A stretch of DNA of 40,248 nucleotides, from contig JBCBJQ010000052.1 in the NCBI GenBank assembly GCA_038523235.1, forward strand, positions 1 through 40,248, given 5' to 3'. This DNA comes from Cyanobacteria bacterium J06626_4 (GTDB lineage: Bacteria > Cyanobacteriota > Cyanobacteriia > Phormidesmidales > Phormidesmidaceae). This document shows positions 1 to 10,830 of the stretch, one piece after another. The stretch's first letter is position 1. Each line of letters opens with the position of its first letter. A program made the position numbers and the translations under genes. The notes below the pieces were generated by a model, which ran no database searches, had not been told where the DNA came from, and worked only from the letters and a program-made list of their open reading frames with translations.

Positions 1-58
1 CAAAGGCAGGCCCTATCTGAGATTTGAGGATCTGATTAAAGCTTGAATTGGAAATCGC

Positions 59-1786
59 TTAATTGCACATCACGTTACTCGCAAGTAGATAAGCTTTCGG
101 TTCAGGAAACTCGGCATTTAGAGCGATTTGCAGCGCGGCATCAGCATATCCCAACCGTACTAATTCCACTACAACCGGATCTAACCAATTTATTCTAAGG
201 TCACTTAACGGCTCTGCAAGCTGAAGGGTTCTGTCAATTTGTCCTGCTCTAGCAAGCGCCACCAGAATCTCAGCAGACCAATCAAGTTTAGCTGCTAGAG
301 CTTGTTCGCTGCCTTCGAGCAGGAGGGATATGGCTTGAGAAAAGATTTCTTCAGCCCGTGCGGTCTGCCTAGCTTCCTCCAGAGCCTGCCCAATCTCGAC
401 TAACACAAAACTTTTTGAAGACCTTTCCTGAATTTGCTCAACTATTTGCACTGCTCGTTCAAAGTCACCAGAGTCCTTTAGTGAAGAGGCTATCGCGGCA
501 GACACATTGTCCCGATAGCCTCTTGCTCTGGATTGTACGAGATCGTAGAGAACTGCTTGTTCGGGCGGCTTCTCAATCAGCTCAACAACCTGTGATGCTC
601 GTTCAATCTCACCCAGTTCTACCAGCCGGAGCGTAGCGGCAGCGACTGCGGCATATCCTTCACCCGTTCCGGAGTTTACAGTAGGCTGAATTTTGCCAAT
701 CACCTCTTCGATCTCACTCAAGGTGGCACTGTCACGCACAATATCGCTGTAGGCGTAGCCCCGATAATCATCAGCAATCTGCGAATACACATCGAAGCAA
801 TTGGGAATGTCCTCAGAAATGTCCAATGCTTCTGCGCGGCGCTGGACTGCTGACAACCCCTCGACGACGGCAGCGAGGGCGTCGCCACGCTCAACGTAGC
901 AGCTGCCATTGCTCAAATGCCCCCCGGTTAGAGTTTGGGCAACTGCCAAGGCTTCCGAGAGCAGGGTATTTGCTCGGGTGATTTGTCCTTGTTCGGCTAA
1001 GCCAACTGCAATATCCGCCCAGGCTTCTACCTGAGAGGCACTGGGTCGGGTTTCTTGCACGAGTTGTAGTGCCCGCTCAAATCGATTTGCCTCAATTAGG
1101 TGATCAACAATCGTGAATAAAGAGCGTTCTTGGGTGATGGCGTTATCGCTAGGTTCAGCTTCGAGCTGTGCGATCGCTTGTTCAAACAATCGGTCGGCAG
1201 CTTCATTATGTCCAATCTCAGCCAGCTTAAGTGCTACTTCCGAGAAACGTTGTATGTTCAGCTCTCCTACTTGCTCAGCTTCAATTTGCGAGATCGCTTG
1301 CTCAAACAGTTGGTCGGCGACCTCATTGCGTCCAACTGCTGCCAGCTTGAGCGCTGCATGCAGCAGTAATTCATAATCGCCGTTAGATTTTGCGAGTTGT
1401 CCGGCTTGGTCTAGCAATCCCGCCTTAGCAAGCTGCTCAACCATGTGCAATTGCAACTCGAAACTCCCTCTCTCTTCGGCAATCTGAGTCAATCGATTTA
1501 ATAGTTCGCTAGGCTCTTTCACTAAATCGTCAATCCCCTGCGCTAACTTCGCCAGTTCTGCCGAGAGAAAAATGCGATATAGCATGTTCTCAAGATCGCC
1601 CTTTGGAAACGTCAAATAAGGCTCATATACTTCGCCAGTAATGGGGCGTGGCGCGAGGTCATTCCAAGCTTCCTCTGGTTCGGTTTGGGTGGCGCGGGCA
1701 GCCTGGGAATTGTGGACACCCGATACTGACACACCTGAGAGCAGCGCGATCGCAATTAGTATCCCCAAGCGACTTTGTAAATTCAT
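59..1786 (-). CDS. Secreted alpha-helical (TPR-like) repeat protein
   Basis: 575-aa ORF. Signal-peptide-like N-terminus (LGILIAIALLSGVSV...SQA). Repeated helical motifs such as ALKLAxxGxNExADxLFEQAI and AGQIDRTLQLA. Confidence 0.7.
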   Translation of the reverse strand: MNLQSRLGILIAIALLSGVSVSGVHNSQAARATQTEPEEAWNDLAPRPITGEVYEPYLTFPKGDLENMLYRIFLSAELAKLAQGIDDLVKEPSELLNRLTQIAEERGSFELQLHMVEQLAKAGLLDQAGQLAKSNGDYELLLHAALKLAAVGRNEVADQLFEQAISQIEAEQVGELNIQRFSEVALKLAEIGHNEAADRLFEQAIAQLEAEPSDNAITQERSLFTIVDHLIEANRFERALQLVQETRPSASQVEAWADIAVGLAEQGQITRANTLLSEALAVAQTLTGGHLSNGSCYVERGDALAAVVEGLSAVQRRAEALDISEDIPNCFDVYSQIADDYRGYAYSDIVRDSATLSEIEEVIGKIQPTVNSGTGEGYAAVAAATLRLVELGEIERASQVVELIEKPPEQAVLYDLVQSRARGYRDNVSAAIASSLKDSGDFERAVQIVEQIQERSSKSFVLVEIGQALEEARQTARAEEIFSQAISLLLEGSEQALAAKLDWSAEILVALARAGQIDRTLQLAEPLSDLRINWLDPVVVELVRLGYADAALQIALNAEFPEPKAYLLASNVMCN

Positions 1787-1925
1787 TTATGGTTCAGATG
1801 AGTCGGCTGATCTTTAGTCTAGGCAGATTCCCAATGACAACGTGCCGCTCATGACGCAATTCGTTTCGTCACGATCCTTCTTGAAGTGAAATTTCTTGGC
1901 ATATTGAAAGGGAAATTTATCGGCA

Positions 1926-2798
1926 ATGGCAATGGCGATTTCTCCGCAGCATCGCACGGCAATCCTCACGGCGCTAGGACGGTTAGTTGAGGTGGTGGCT
2001 GACCTGCGCCATCCGGAAACCGGCTGTCCCTGGGATTTGCAGCAGACTCACAAAACGCTTGTCCCCTACGCGATCGAGGAAGCCTACGAAGTAGTGGATG
2101 CAATTCATGTTGGCGATACCGATCACATCGCCGAAGAACTTGGGGATCTCTTGTTACAGGTGGTGTTGCACGCGCAGGTGGCTCAGGATACAGGCACTTT
2201 TGATTTGCAGACCGTGGCTGACGGCATTGCCGACAAACTGATTCGTCGTCATCCCCACGTGTTTGGCGATCTTCAGACTGACGATTTGGACGAGATTCAT
2301 CGCAACTGGGACAAGATTAAAGCGGCGGAAAAAGGGGAAACCCACGATCCCCAACAGTTATCGCCTAAATTACTCAAATACAGTCGCACCCTGCCGCCCC
2401 TAATGGCCGCCACCAAAATCTCTCAAAAAGCTGCCAAAGCTGGCTTTGAGTGGGATTCCGTCGAGGGAGTGTGGGATAAATTTCACGAGGAACTGGAGGA
2501 GTTTCGGGCGGCGATCGCCCAAGAACCCAAAGAAAATCAGTTGGCCGAACTCGGTGATATCTTGTTCACCCTGGTCAACATTGCCCGCTGGCACGATTTA
2601 GACGCCACCGAAGCTCTACAAACGACTAACCGGCGCTTTGTGCAGCGATTTGAGAAAGTTGAGACGCTGGCCGGTCGCCCGCTCACGGACTACACGCTGG
2701 ATGAGTTGGAAGCGTTTTGGCAGCAGGCTAAAGCCAACCTCAAAGCCGATACCCCAAAAGACATCGCTTCACCCTCATCGAGTAGCGTCTGTCCGTAA
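1926..2798 (+). CDS. mazG: Nucleoside triphosphate pyrophosphohydrolase MazG
   Basis: GCPWDLQQTH, IEEAYEVVDAI, EELGDLLLQV, KLIRRHPHVF and a second ELGDILF motif (tandem MazG domains). Confidence 0.95.
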   Translation: MAMAISPQHRTAILTALGRLVEVVADLRHPETGCPWDLQQTHKTLVPYAIEEAYEVVDAIHVGDTDHIAEELGDLLLQVVLHAQVAQDTGTFDLQTVADGIADKLIRRHPHVFGDLQTDDLDEIHRNWDKIKAAEKGETHDPQQLSPKLLKYSRTLPPLMAATKISQKAAKAGFEWDSVEGVWDKFHEELEEFRAAIAQEPKENQLAELGDILFTLVNIARWHDLDATEALQTTNRRFVQRFEKVETLAGRPLTDYTLDELEAFWQQAKANLKADTPKDIASPSSSSVCP

Positions 2799-2935
2799 GT
2801 TGCCGCTGGGAGCGCAACTGGTGTAAACCCGAGTCCTTCAAAGCAGTAGTCACACGACTCTGCCCGTTGCTCTGCCCTCTTGCCCCCCGGCTCCACAGTC
2901 GGCAGCAATGTTCTGTAAAATCGCGCCGCAATCAA

Positions 2936-4861
2936 CTAGGGCTTGGCAAATTCAGACGGACGACGGAAATTTTCAACCGGGGTATCCGCCAATGCCCGCT
3001 GCATAAAGTCACGCCAAATTGGGGCGACATAGGTGCCTCCTGTCGCGCCGGAACCCATGGGCGAATAGTCATCGTTGCCGACCCAGATGGCCGTCGAGAG
3101 TTGCGGCACGTAGCCGACAAACCAGACATCGCGTTGAGAATCAGTCGTGCCAGTTTTGCCCGCTGCGGGGCGGCCAATTTGTGCTGCAGTGCCTGTGCCA
3201 CGAGTGATCACGCCTTGCAGTACATCCGTGAGTGCCGCCGTCGCCCAAGGGTCGAGAATCAACTGCGGTTTGGGCGTGTTATCGAGCAAAATGTTGCCGT
3301 TGCTGTCGGTTACTTGAACGATAAAGGTGGGGTCAGAATGCCAGCCGTTGCTGGCGAATGTGGCGTAGGCTCCCGCCATTTCCATCGGGGTGAGATCAAC
3401 GGCTCCCAGCGGCAGTGAAATGACTGGCTCCATCGGACTCTCGATCCCTAAGAGACGCGAAATCTCAATGACGCGATCGACCCCAACGCTCTGACCCAGC
3501 TTGACAGCGGGGACATTCCGCGAGACTTCCAAAGCTTTACGGATGGGAATATTGCCCATAAAGCTGCCATCGTAGTTACGCGGGTTGTAGTATTCGTAGC
3601 CATCCGCATAGCTGGCTGGGGTGTCTTGAATAATGGTGTCAGGCGTGTAGCGACCCGAAGCAAACGCGGCGTAATAGACGAATGGCTTAAAAGAAGAGCC
3701 CGGCTGCCGCTGGGCCTGTACAGCCCGGTTGAACTGGCTATCGTCATAGCTCACTCCACCGACCATCGCTTTCACAAAGTGAGTACGCGGATCGATCGCG
3801 ACCAGCGCCATCTGGTCGGCCCGCACGCCCCGCGATCGCAAGGCGGCATGGTTGCGCTGCACCGTCTCTTCGGCCATACGCTGCATGCCCAGCTCAACGG
3901 TCGTTTGGATACGCATCCCCCCTTTAAGAACGGCATCATCCCCAAACGCTTCTTTTAGCTCTTGCACTACTGCTTCGGTCACATAGGGTGCTTGGCTACC
4001 GCGGAACGAGGTAATTTCACCCACCAATAACGGCTGGGCTTTCGCGGCAGCCTCTTCATCAGGCGTGATCCACCCTAATTGCCGCATGCGACCGAGCACC
4101 GTCGCCTGCCGCTGTTTGGCCAAAGGATAGTCAACAAAGGGACTGAAGCCTTCTGGTGCTTGGATCAGCCCCGCCATCATGGAGGCTTCCGCCAGCGACA
4201 GATCCTTTGCTGCTTTATTGAAATAGCTTTGGGAAGCGGTCTCAACACCATAGGTGTTGTGCCCCCAATAGACCTGATTCAGATACATTTCTAGAATCTG
4301 GTCTTTCTCAAAAATCTGCTCTAGCCGCATCGACAATACGGCCTCGGCGACCTTGCGACTGATGGCCTGCTCAGGAGTGAGAAACAGGTTTTTCACCAGC
4401 TGCATCGTGATAGTTGAGCCCCCTTCCACCGTGGAACCCGCCTGTACGTTAGCCAACAGAGCCCGACCCACACTACTGGGATTGATGCCTCGGTGAGAAT
4501 AAAAATAGCTGTCTTCGATCGCCAGAACAGCGCGTTTGAGATGGGGGGAGACTTCGTCTAAGTCCACTACCTCACGGTTAGCCTCATCGTGCAGGCTATA
4601 GAGCAGCGTCCCATTAATGTCGTAGACGTAGCTGGTTTCGCTGGGCAAGTAGTTGCGCAGCACCCGCACGTCGGGCAAATTGCGAAAGCTAATCGCCAAA
4701 CCGACCAATCCACCGGCCGCGATTGAACTCACTAGCATGGTTGAGCCCAACAGGGTCGCCACGGTGATTTGTCCCACATCTTGGACAAACTTGATAACGC
4801 CACCAGTGGCGGAGTTGGCCCGAGGGGCCGTTGCTCGTTTAGGAATCGTGTTAGTCGACAC
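2936..4861 (-). CDS. Class A penicillin-binding protein (transglycosylase/transpeptidase, PBP1A family)
   Basis: Glycosyltransferase motifs EDSYFYSHRG, GGSTITMQLVKN and RKVAE. Transpeptidase motifs SSFK, SRN and KTGT. Confidence 0.95.
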   Translation of the reverse strand: MSTNTIPKRATAPRANSATGGVIKFVQDVGQITVATLLGSTMLVSSIAAGGLVGLAISFRNLPDVRVLRNYLPSETSYVYDINGTLLYSLHDEANREVVDLDEVSPHLKRAVLAIEDSYFYSHRGINPSSVGRALLANVQAGSTVEGGSTITMQLVKNLFLTPEQAISRKVAEAVLSMRLEQIFEKDQILEMYLNQVYWGHNTYGVETASQSYFNKAAKDLSLAEASMMAGLIQAPEGFSPFVDYPLAKQRQATVLGRMRQLGWITPDEEAAAKAQPLLVGEITSFRGSQAPYVTEAVVQELKEAFGDDAVLKGGMRIQTTVELGMQRMAEETVQRNHAALRSRGVRADQMALVAIDPRTHFVKAMVGGVSYDDSQFNRAVQAQRQPGSSFKPFVYYAAFASGRYTPDTIIQDTPASYADGYEYYNPRNYDGSFMGNIPIRKALEVSRNVPAVKLGQSVGVDRVIEISRLLGIESPMEPVISLPLGAVDLTPMEMAGAYATFASNGWHSDPTFIVQVTDSNGNILLDNTPKPQLILDPWATAALTDVLQGVITRGTGTAAQIGRPAAGKTGTTDSQRDVWFVGYVPQLSTAIWVGNDDYSPMGSGATGGTYVAPIWRDFMQRALADTPVENFRRPSEFAKP

Positions 4862-5096
4862 TGTTACACGGGGATTTACGCAAGGAGGACTGAATCACCT
4901 GAGGTTTTGTAATTATAGAAGCTGGGTTCTGAAACGGTGATAAATAGCCGCTGACCACAGGATAAAGTAACTAAACCAGGCTGAAGCTGTAATCGTGCCA
5001 GTTAAGCAGTTGCGAAAAATGATGTAACTCGCAGGCCGCATTGAGCCTCAGCAGACTGCCCATTGATATCGGAGATGATTGCATCTTTTAGCGGTT

Positions 5097-6317
5097 ATGG
5101 CACAAATTCCAGACGAATTTCAGTGGATCTATCGAGGGGTAACGGAGGTTTTTCCAGACCAGCCTGATGCTGACAGTGAACAGGACAACTTATTGGTGCG
5201 CCTGCAGCAGAGCGATCGCCCGCTGCGCATCAAACTCGGCATCGATCCGACTGGGGCAGAGATTCATTTGGGCCACAGCATTCCGGTGCGCAAGCTGCGC
5301 GCCTTTCAAGACGCGGGGCATACGGCTGTATTAATCATCGGCGACTTTACGGCTCGCATTGGTGACCCGACGGGCAAATCGGAAGTTCGCAAGCAGTTGA
5401 CCACCGACGAGGTCAAGTCGAATGCGGCCACTTATCTCGATCAGGTGCGGTCAATTTTGGATTTTGACACGCCTGGCCGGTTAGAAATTCGTTACAACTC
5501 CGAATGGCTGTCAACGCTCGATTTGAGCCAGATTTTAGAGATCTTTGCCACGATGACGGTGGGCCAGATGCTCGCGAAGGAAGGGTTTGCTGAACGCTAC
5601 GAGAAGGGCACGCCAGTCTTTTTGCATGAATTCTTTTATCCCCTCATGCAGGGCTATGACTCGGTAGCGGTGCAGGCGGATGTTGAGCTCGGTGGTACCG
5701 ACCAAAAGTTCAACATTGCGGTCGGTCGCGACCTGCAGCGGCATTTTGGCCTGCAACCGCAGTTTGGCATGCTGCTGCCGTTGCTCATCGGCAGCGACGG
5801 CATTCAGAAAATGTCTAAATCTTTGGATAACTATGTTGGGCTGCAGGAAGATCCGCTAACGATGTACTCCAAATTGGAGAAAACGTCTGATGCAACCATT
5901 GAACAATATTTTGAGCTGCTCACTCGGTTGCCGTTGGATACGCTGCCAGAAAATCCGCGCGATCGCCAAAAGCTACTCGCTTTAGAGATTACTCGCCAGT
6001 TTCATGGCGCAGCGGCCGCTCAACAGGCCCAACAAGATGCCGTTAATCTTGTCCAGGGTGGCGATGGCGGGGCCGCGGCCAGCGTACCCGAGTTTTCTCT
6101 AGCAGAAGTCAACTTCCCAGCTAAGGCGTTTTACTTGTTGGGGGCCACCCCACTCTGTGCCAGCAGTAGCGAAGCACGACGCCAAATTCAAGGCGGAGCG
6201 GTCAAGCTAGAGGGCGATCGCCTGGCTGATCCCAATACTGTGTTTGAACAGCCCACTGAGCTATACGGCCGAGTGCTGCAAGTCGGCAAGAAAAAGTTCG
6301 TGCGCCTAGTGAAATAA
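5097..6317 (+). CDS. tyrS: Tyrosyl-tRNA synthetase
   Basis: [13 protein letters not shown] (HIGH-type), [13 protein letters not shown] and a C-terminal S4-like domain. ATG 5097 preferred over TTG 5079. Confidence 0.97.
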   Translation: MAQIPDEFQWIYRGVTEVFPDQPDADSEQDNLLVRLQQSDRPLRIKLGIDPTGAEIHLGHSIPVRKLRAFQDAGHTAVLIIGDFTARIGDPTGKSEVRKQLTTDEVKSNAATYLDQVRSILDFDTPGRLEIRYNSEWLSTLDLSQILEIFATMTVGQMLAKEGFAERYEKGTPVFLHEFFYPLMQGYDSVAVQADVELGGTDQKFNIAVGRDLQRHFGLQPQFGMLLPLLIGSDGIQKMSKSLDNYVGLQEDPLTMYSKLEKTSDATIEQYFELLTRLPLDTLPENPRDRQKLLALEITRQFHGAAAAQQAQQDAVNLVQGGDGGAAASVPEFSLAEVNFPAKAFYLLGATPLCASSSEARRQIQGGAVKLEGDRLADPNTVFEQPTELYGRVLQVGKKKFVRLVK

Positions 6318-6386
6318 CGTCAAGCAATGGGGAAGAGCGCATAGGATTCATGCAGGTTTCAATCAATTTATCGCGAGGTGATTGCC

Positions 6387-7106
6387 ATGGCCAACCGTCT
6401 GCCCGCAGACCGCATCATCGTTCCCCTTGACGTGGCGAATGCCGCTGCCGCCCATCGGTTGCTTGACCAGATTCCCCAAGTGACGTTTTGGAAAGTGGGG
6501 CTAGAACTATTTGTGAGTAGTGGTCCCGAAATCCTGCCGTATTTGAAAAGCCAGGGAAAGCAGATCTTTCTCGACCTCAAATTTCACGACATTCCTAACA
6601 CGATGGCAGGAGCTTGCCGAGCGGCGAGCCAGTATGGGGTGGATTTGTTGACGGTGCATGCTACTGCTGGCCCCGACGCGCTCAAAGCAGCCGTTGAAGC
6701 GGTCCGGGCCGGGGCTCAGGCCGCTCAGCAATCGCCACCTCAACTCGTTGCCGTCACGGTTCTAACCAGCATCAGTAATCGCTCATTAGCGTTAGATCTG
6801 AAGATTCCGCTAGAGCTGTCTGACTATGCATTACAGATGGCCTTGCTATCGCAGCAGGCGGGCCTCGCTGGCAGCGTCTGCTCACCCCATGAAGCAGAAC
6901 TGCTGCGACGTTGCTGCGGTCAAGATTGGCTGCTGATCTGTCCTGGAGTAAGACCAAGCTGGTCGCAAACCGGCGATCAAAAAAGAGTCATGACGCCATC
7001 AGAAGCCGTGCAGGCTGGAGCTGATTTTCTGGTAATAGGTCGACCTATTATTCAATCATCTGATCCTAGTGCGGCGTTCCAACGCATCTGTGAATCACTG
7101 AGCTAA
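6387..7106 (+). CDS. pyrF: Orotidine-5'-phosphate decarboxylase
   Basis: [23 protein letters not shown] and VIGRPI motifs. Start 6378 or 6387. Confidence 0.97.
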   Translation: MANRLPADRIIVPLDVANAAAAHRLLDQIPQVTFWKVGLELFVSSGPEILPYLKSQGKQIFLDLKFHDIPNTMAGACRAASQYGVDLLTVHATAGPDALKAAVEAVRAGAQAAQQSPPQLVAVTVLTSISNRSLALDLKIPLELSDYALQMALLSQQAGLAGSVCSPHEAELLRRCCGQDWLLICPGVRPSWSQTGDQKRVMTPSEAVQAGADFLVIGRPIIQSSDPSAAFQRICESLS

Positions 7107-7279
7107 GAATCAGAAAGTAGTTCCCTAGCACTATTAATTTAGCCCTAAGTTTTCGTTTTAAAGATCATCCAAAATTTTCTACAACAAAATCGCCATCCCC
7201 CGAACAGCAAAGCACTAACTTTGCATCGGTAACATTCGGGCGATCGCGATTTGTTGATTTGTCTCTGTTGCGAAACCTG

Positions 7280-7471
7280 CTAGCTCTGACGGCGAAAACG
7301 TCTTCTCTGACGTCGTCTAGCGACTTCTTTACGCTTGCGCTTTTCGGCAGGCGTTTCAAAATGCCGCTTTTTCTTCATATCAGCAAAAATGCCGGCACTC
7401 GACACTTTGCGTTTGAATCGTCTGAGAGCAGATTCCAGATGTTCGTGCTCTCCCAGTACCACTTGGGCCAT
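7280..7471 (-). CDS. rpsU: 30S ribosomal protein S21
   Basis: [11 protein letters not shown]...[18 protein letters not shown] Shine-Dalgarno just upstream of ATG 7471. Confidence 0.95.
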   Translation of the reverse strand: MAQVVLGEHEHLESALRRFKRKVSSAGIFADMKKKRHFETPAEKRKRKEVARRRQRRRFRRQS

Positions 7472-7497
7472 GCAGTTGCCTCCTAAAAATTGCATTT

Positions 7498-7541
7498 AAA
7501 GAAAAAGAATGAGGACAGAGGGTACAGACCCCTTTGTCCTC
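7498..7541 (-). terminator. Hairpin plus U-rich tract between rbp and rpsU
   Basis: Minus strand reads GAGGACAAAGGG-N7-CCCTCTGTCCTC (12-bp stem, one mismatch) followed by ATTCTTTTTCTTT. Confidence 0.65.
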
Positions 7542-7590
7542 CAAAGGTTTGGCAGTCTCGGTCCGGTGACTAAGCTATATCTGAGAGCGA

Positions 7591-7911
7591 TTAGAAATCG
7601 CGGCCACCACCGCCACCATTGCCGCCGCCCCAGCCGCCACGGCCGCCACCGCCCGAAGGCTTGCGCTCCGTACGCGGACGAGCCTTATTGACTTTGAGTG
7701 TCCGACCCATCCATTCGGCGCCATCAAGATCTTCAATGGCAGCATTTTCTTCTGCTTCTTCAGACATCTCTACGAATGCGAAACCTCTCATACGACCGGT
7801 TTCACGATCCACAGGCACCTGAATTCTTTTGACGCTACCGTACTCTTTGAAAACTTCATTGAGATCATCTTCGGTGGCGTTGTAGGAAAGGTTCCCTACA
7901 TAGACGGTCAT
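7591..7911 (-). CDS. rbpA: RRM-type RNA-binding protein with Gly-rich tail (Rbp family)
   Basis: RNP2 VYVGNL, RNP1 RGFAFVEM and a glycine-rich C-terminus. Lies upstream of rpsU, as in the known cyanobacterial rbpA-rpsU arrangement. Confidence 0.92.
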   Translation of the reverse strand: MTVYVGNLSYNATEDDLNEVFKEYGSVKRIQVPVDRETGRMRGFAFVEMSEEAEENAAIEDLDGAEWMGRTLKVNKARPRTERKPSGGGGRGGWGGGNGGGGGRDF

Positions 7912-7947
7912 GGCTTACCTCACAAACAAGTAGATAGACAAATCGAG

Positions 7948-8026
7948 ATCGGAATACGGGGGAAAGCTTTCGAACCAGAGGCAAGAGAACGAAATCCCAA
8001 AAACCAGCGAACACTCAGCCACCGAA
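7948..8026 (-). promoter_or_regulatory. rbp 5'-UTR conserved-box-like elements
   Basis: Minus strand has TTCGGTGG about 110 nt and ATTCCGAT about 40 nt upstream of the ATG. These resemble, from memory, box III and box I of cold-regulated cyanobacterial rbp leaders. Confidence 0.45.
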
Positions 8027-8363
8027 ACCTAATCCAGTCTACATCATATCGTCAATCCCCTAAGTCGAGCGATCGCGGATTTTTGTTGAGTTTACAGTCT
8101 CTCTAGCTTCGATATGCTTCATAAAGTCGCGTTTTACTGACATTTACGCGTCAGGCACAGGCTGCTCTATCTGGACGACTCTAACTGTCATTAAGATTAG
8201 TCCTGGGAGAGCAGTATTGCCACCAATTTTAAGTGAGGTCGGCGGGTCTCAGGAACCAGAGAAATCATCCCCTGAGATACCGCGGCAATCAGCCACCAAA
8301 CATGTCAGCCTCTGAGATCCTCTCATCTTGCCTCAGATTTAGAGGCTGGTGCTGGCCCAGTCA

Positions 8364-9464
8364 TTATTCAGCGAGGGGCAAGTCTGCATCTGCCGAGATC
8401 GCGCGATTAACGATAGTGGCTAACTGGGCGGCACTATCAGGAATGGATAATGCCGCTGCCGCCTTAGACATCTGATGTCGGCGCTGCGGGTCATTGATTA
8501 GCTGCAGCACAGTATTTTGCAAAGACTCAACAGTCAAATCTGCTTGACGACAGACCATAGCCGCATTGGCCGCCGCAAAGGCTGCCGCGTTGTAGGCCTG
8601 ATGATCTTCGGCTGCAAAGGGGTAAGGAATCAACAAGGATGGCGTCTGGGTAAAGGCTAGCTCTGTCAGAGTGCCAGCCCCGGCTCGGCTGATCACGATA
8701 TCGGCTCGGTGTAGCAGCCCTGCCATCGTCTTGAAGAAAGGACGATGAATATAGTGCGCGTGGCTGAGACTGTCAGCTGCTGCATCATTCGTGCCCGTTT
8801 GATGAATGACCCAAGCCCCTGCAGCGAACCAGGCGGGAGCTGCTGACCGCACCAGCTGATTGACGGCGACCGCCCCCTGGCTCCCCCCAATCACCACGAC
8901 TAACGGCGCCCCATCTGGAACAGGCAGATCGGCTGGCAAGGCTGACGGTTCAAGAAATTGCGATCGTACCGGAGTGCCCACCACCACGCTTTTGGCACGA
9001 GGTAAATGACTGGTAGCCGCCTCAAATCCTAGGGCCACCAATGAACACCAAGGACTCAACCACCGAGTCACCTTGCCCGGCAAGGCATTCGACTCATGCA
9101 GTACCGTCGGCACCCCTAAAGAACGCGCAGCCAGAATGGCCGGTGCAGCAATGTAGCCCCCTGTGGTGAATACGCCATCAAAGTCACCCTGCTTTAGAAG
9201 CTGGCGGACTTTGAGCGTAGCCTGCAACACCTGGCCTAACAACCGCAATGACCCCAACCCGAGCCGTCCCTGAAAACCACCCAGCTTGACTGTGTGCAGG
9301 GGATAGGCCTCAGGCACCAGTTCAGTCTCTAGGCGATCAGGCACGCCCAGCCACTCGATGCTGTAGTGAGAGAGTTTTTCCGCCGTAGCGATCGCCGGAA
9401 ACAAATGTCCCCCAGTGCCACTGGCCGCGATGAGAAGTTTTTTGGGAGGATCTGACACGGCCAT
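8364..9464 (-). CDS. murG: Lipid II N-acetylglucosaminyl transferase MurG
   Basis: SGTGGHLFPA, HESNALPG, GGSQGA, SRAGAGT and DHQAYNA. Confidence 0.97.
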   Translation of the reverse strand: MAVSDPPKKLLIAASGTGGHLFPAIATAEKLSHYSIEWLGVPDRLETELVPEAYPLHTVKLGGFQGRLGLGSLRLLGQVLQATLKVRQLLKQGDFDGVFTTGGYIAAPAILAARSLGVPTVLHESNALPGKVTRWLSPWCSLVALGFEAATSHLPRAKSVVVGTPVRSQFLEPSALPADLPVPDGAPLVVVIGGSQGAVAVNQLVRSAAPAWFAAGAWVIHQTGTNDAAADSLSHAHYIHRPFFKTMAGLLHRADIVISRAGAGTLTELAFTQTPSLLIPYPFAAEDHQAYNAAAFAAANAAMVCRQADLTVESLQNTVLQLINDPQRRHQMSKAAAALSIPDSAAQLATIVNRAISADADLPLAE

Positions 9465-9529
9465 GCTCTCTGATGGAATTGATGCAGATGGGAATCGTCG
9501 CTAGCGATCGCCCCCTTGCTGGGAGCTGT

Positions 9530-9865
9530 TTAGGACTGGGGAGCTGCCTCTAACGACGCGAGCGGATCTGGCAGCGTTTCCGTCGGAGCCTTGAAATCGC
9601 CAGTGAGCACATATTCCAAACGCAGTTTAAGCCAAGTGATCAAGGTTTTATCAGTGGAAATCACCGCTGCCGCGGGCTGCGGGCAGCGCTGCTTGACGTC
9701 ACTAAAGCCAGGGCTCTCTAAGAATGCCGGTTGCTTGATCAGCCAAAAGTCAAGCGTCTTCTCGTTTTCTTGGTAGTGGCGACGACGCTCCCGCAGCACC
9801 TCTTCGAGGGGCTCCTCTTCAAGCAAAAACTTTTGGCTGGCAAGTAGATAGTAATAGGTCTGCAT
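9530..9865 (-). CDS. ycf54: Ycf54 (MgPME cyclase-associated protein)
   Basis: YYYLLASQKFLLEEEPLEEVLRER...FWL...WLKLRLEYV. Sits downstream of pdxJ. Confidence 0.93.
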   Translation of the reverse strand: MQTYYYLLASQKFLLEEEPLEEVLRERRRHYQENEKTLDFWLIKQPAFLESPGFSDVKQRCPQPAAAVISTDKTLITWLKLRLEYVLTGDFKAPTETLPDPLASLEAAPQS

Positions 9866-9956
9866 AGACTGCTGCTAGTAACCACCGAGAGACAAAATTC
9901 TCTCATAGAAGGTTCGTGACTGAGTAGATGCTGGTTGTAAATCGATACGAAGGTCG

Positions 9957-10679
9957 TTAGTAATCGCCCCGCATCACCTGTTTCATTTCCCGTACTGCTC
10001 GTTCTAGCCCTACCAGAGCAGCCCGACTAATGATGGTGTGACCAATGTTGAGTTCTTCCATCCCTTCAATACAGGCAATGGGATAGGTATTCACATACGT
10101 CAAACCATGCCCAGCGTTAACCCGCAGCCCGGCCGCGATCGCCTGCTGGGTGCCCTTCTTTAAATCATTCAGCTCCTCGGCTTGCTCCGCTTCATCATGG
10201 GCTTCGGCATACCGCCCCGTGTGCAACTCAATAAACTTAGCGGTAGTTTGTTTAGACGCGGCGATCTGCTCCGGTTCGGCATCAATAAACAGACTGACTG
10301 GGATCGCGGCCCCCTGGAGTTTAGAAACCACTTGGGTCAGGCGATCGCACTGTCCAGCGACATCTAAGCCTCCCTCCGTCGTGACTTCTTCGCGCTGCTC
10401 AGGCACTAACGTGACATAGTCAGGCTTAATATCTAGGGCAATCTCAACCATTTCGGCAGTCGCGGCCATTTCTAGATTCAAATGCGTGCGAACAGTCTGA
10501 CGCAGTAACCGGACATCACGCTCTTGAATATGGCGACGGTCTTCTCGCAGATGCACCGTGATGCCATCGGCACCGGCCAGTTCCGCTAAAACAGCCGCTG
10601 CGACCGGGTCAGGTTCAACCGTTCGACGCGCCTGTCGAATCGTGGCAATGTGATCAATGTTGACACCCAGCGTTGGCAC
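9957..10679 (-). CDS. pdxJ: Pyridoxine 5'-phosphate synthase
   Basis: [29 protein letters not shown] and ELNIGH. GTG 10679 is the likely start. Confidence 0.97.
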   Translation of the reverse strand: MPTLGVNIDHIATIRQARRTVEPDPVAAAVLAELAGADGITVHLREDRRHIQERDVRLLRQTVRTHLNLEMAATAEMVEIALDIKPDYVTLVPEQREEVTTEGGLDVAGQCDRLTQVVSKLQGAAIPVSLFIDAEPEQIAASKQTTAKFIELHTGRYAEAHDEAEQAEELNDLKKGTQQAIAAGLRVNAGHGLTYVNTYPIACIEGMEELNIGHTIISRAALVGLERAVREMKQVMRGDY

Positions 10680-10830
10680 AGCCGATCTCCTGACATGCAA
10701 AGGACAACGAATTCAACTTCGATTGTAGTGAGGAATCGGAACGGCTAGGAGGCTGGGGCGCTATTTCATCAGGGCTGACTCATCGTTGCCGAGCCAGCTG
10801 AAGCTGACCAGTGAATCGCCCTACACCACC

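Noticed and set aside
2867..3418. 183-aa plus-strand ORF
   Set aside because: Antisense to the PBP transpeptidase domain.
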